A stretch of DNA of 64,000 nucleotides, taken from Chrysomallon squamiferum. Lineage: Eukaryota; Animalia; Mollusca. The stretch's first letter is position 1, and every line of letters begins with the position of its first letter. The notes below the pieces were generated by a model. The model saw only the letters and a program-made list of their open reading frames with translations. It did no database searches and was not told where the DNA came from. This document shows, piece after piece, positions 63,288 through 64,000 of the stretch. Where the stretch lies: assembly GCA_012295275.1 (NCBI GenBank), contig CM022672.1:4898001-4962000 (forward strand). Reading direction: 5' to 3'. A program made the position numbers and the translations under genes.

Positions 63288-63479
63288 TCAATGGTCCCTT
63301 TCTTCTGGAGGTCTGTATGGCACACCTAATGCTTTGAAAACTGATTCCTCTGTGGGTGTGGCAATTTTAGTTCCTTCGTATATTTTCTCTGTACCCTGAA
63401 ATATAAAAGTTATAATAAATAAATGTAAACGAAAGACAATTTCAAAAATGAATATATATGAATGTCTGTTTATCTATAG

Positions 63480-63510
<31 letters not shown>

Positions 63511-63902
63511 AGTGTGTGTGTGTGTGTTGTATACAAACAAAATATCAGTTTATATATATCTATATCTATATCTATCTACATATATCTACATATATTTATA
63601 TATATATATGTATTTTTTTATAAACTGACATTTTGTTTGTATGTGTGTGAACATGTGCAAATCTTCTCATAAAAAATTAAAAAATTACATCTACAGCTTC
63701 TACTTTATTATTACCTAACTGTGCATTCTTTTTGTTTTACCTTTCTAATAACTCCAGTTTTCAGTGCGTGTTCATTAAGTGACATGTTCATTTTCTTACA
63801 GAGATGTCGCAGAGATCTGTTGAAATGAGCAGAACCAGTGAAGTAAACCAGTGCACATCCATACTCGTCATATGGCACAACAATGATGTCAAGTCTTCGA
63901 TG
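63288..63902 (-). CDS. POLL: DNA polymerase lambda, last two exons, join of 63741..63902, 63288..63395; gene continues beyond the window
   Basis: [54 protein letters not shown] / [35 protein letters not shown] matches the Pol X family lambda C-terminus ([16 protein letters not shown]...ERDW). Confidence 0.95.
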
Positions 63903-64000
63903 CTGAAATTTTATTAAAACTGTTCACATTCCCCTTGTTAAAAGAGTAAATACAAATAATATATACATTATAAATAAAAATAAAATAACTAAATAAATAA

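Noticed and set aside
62906-63337. Five overlapping ORFs on both strands
   Set aside because: Translations of the minisatellite downstream of POLL

Overview
AT-rich, microsatellite-dense animal genomic DNA with GT-AG introns. It is most likely a gastropod mollusc; this is an inference from gene content and degenerate MetaSINE-like repeats. Genes read by manual exon joining: last exon of a chitin synthase (+); BRF2 (-, intronless CDS); a plus-strand stretch holding three unrelated gene pieces (unidentified coiled-coil exons, a 5'-truncated and frameshifted NHLRC2 copy, and an orphan cystine-knot exon missed by the ORF track); an uncharacterised ~541-aa charged/coiled-coil protein (-) under an RFX X-box; an IGFBP-Kazal-Ig protein (IGFBP7-like, -); an 11-coding-exon PH-SH2 adaptor (SH3BP2-like, -); and the last two exons of DNA polymerase lambda (POLL, -). 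The 20-40 kb interval has no clear gene. It contains several minisatellites, a tRNA-Leu-derived SINE with a 26-bp target-site duplication, and three ATG-bearing phase-2 mini-exon candidates. A recurring oddity is minisatellites that have amplified 5' splice sites. Most ORF-track entries are microsatellite artefacts. No database searches were run; family calls rest on recalled motifs.
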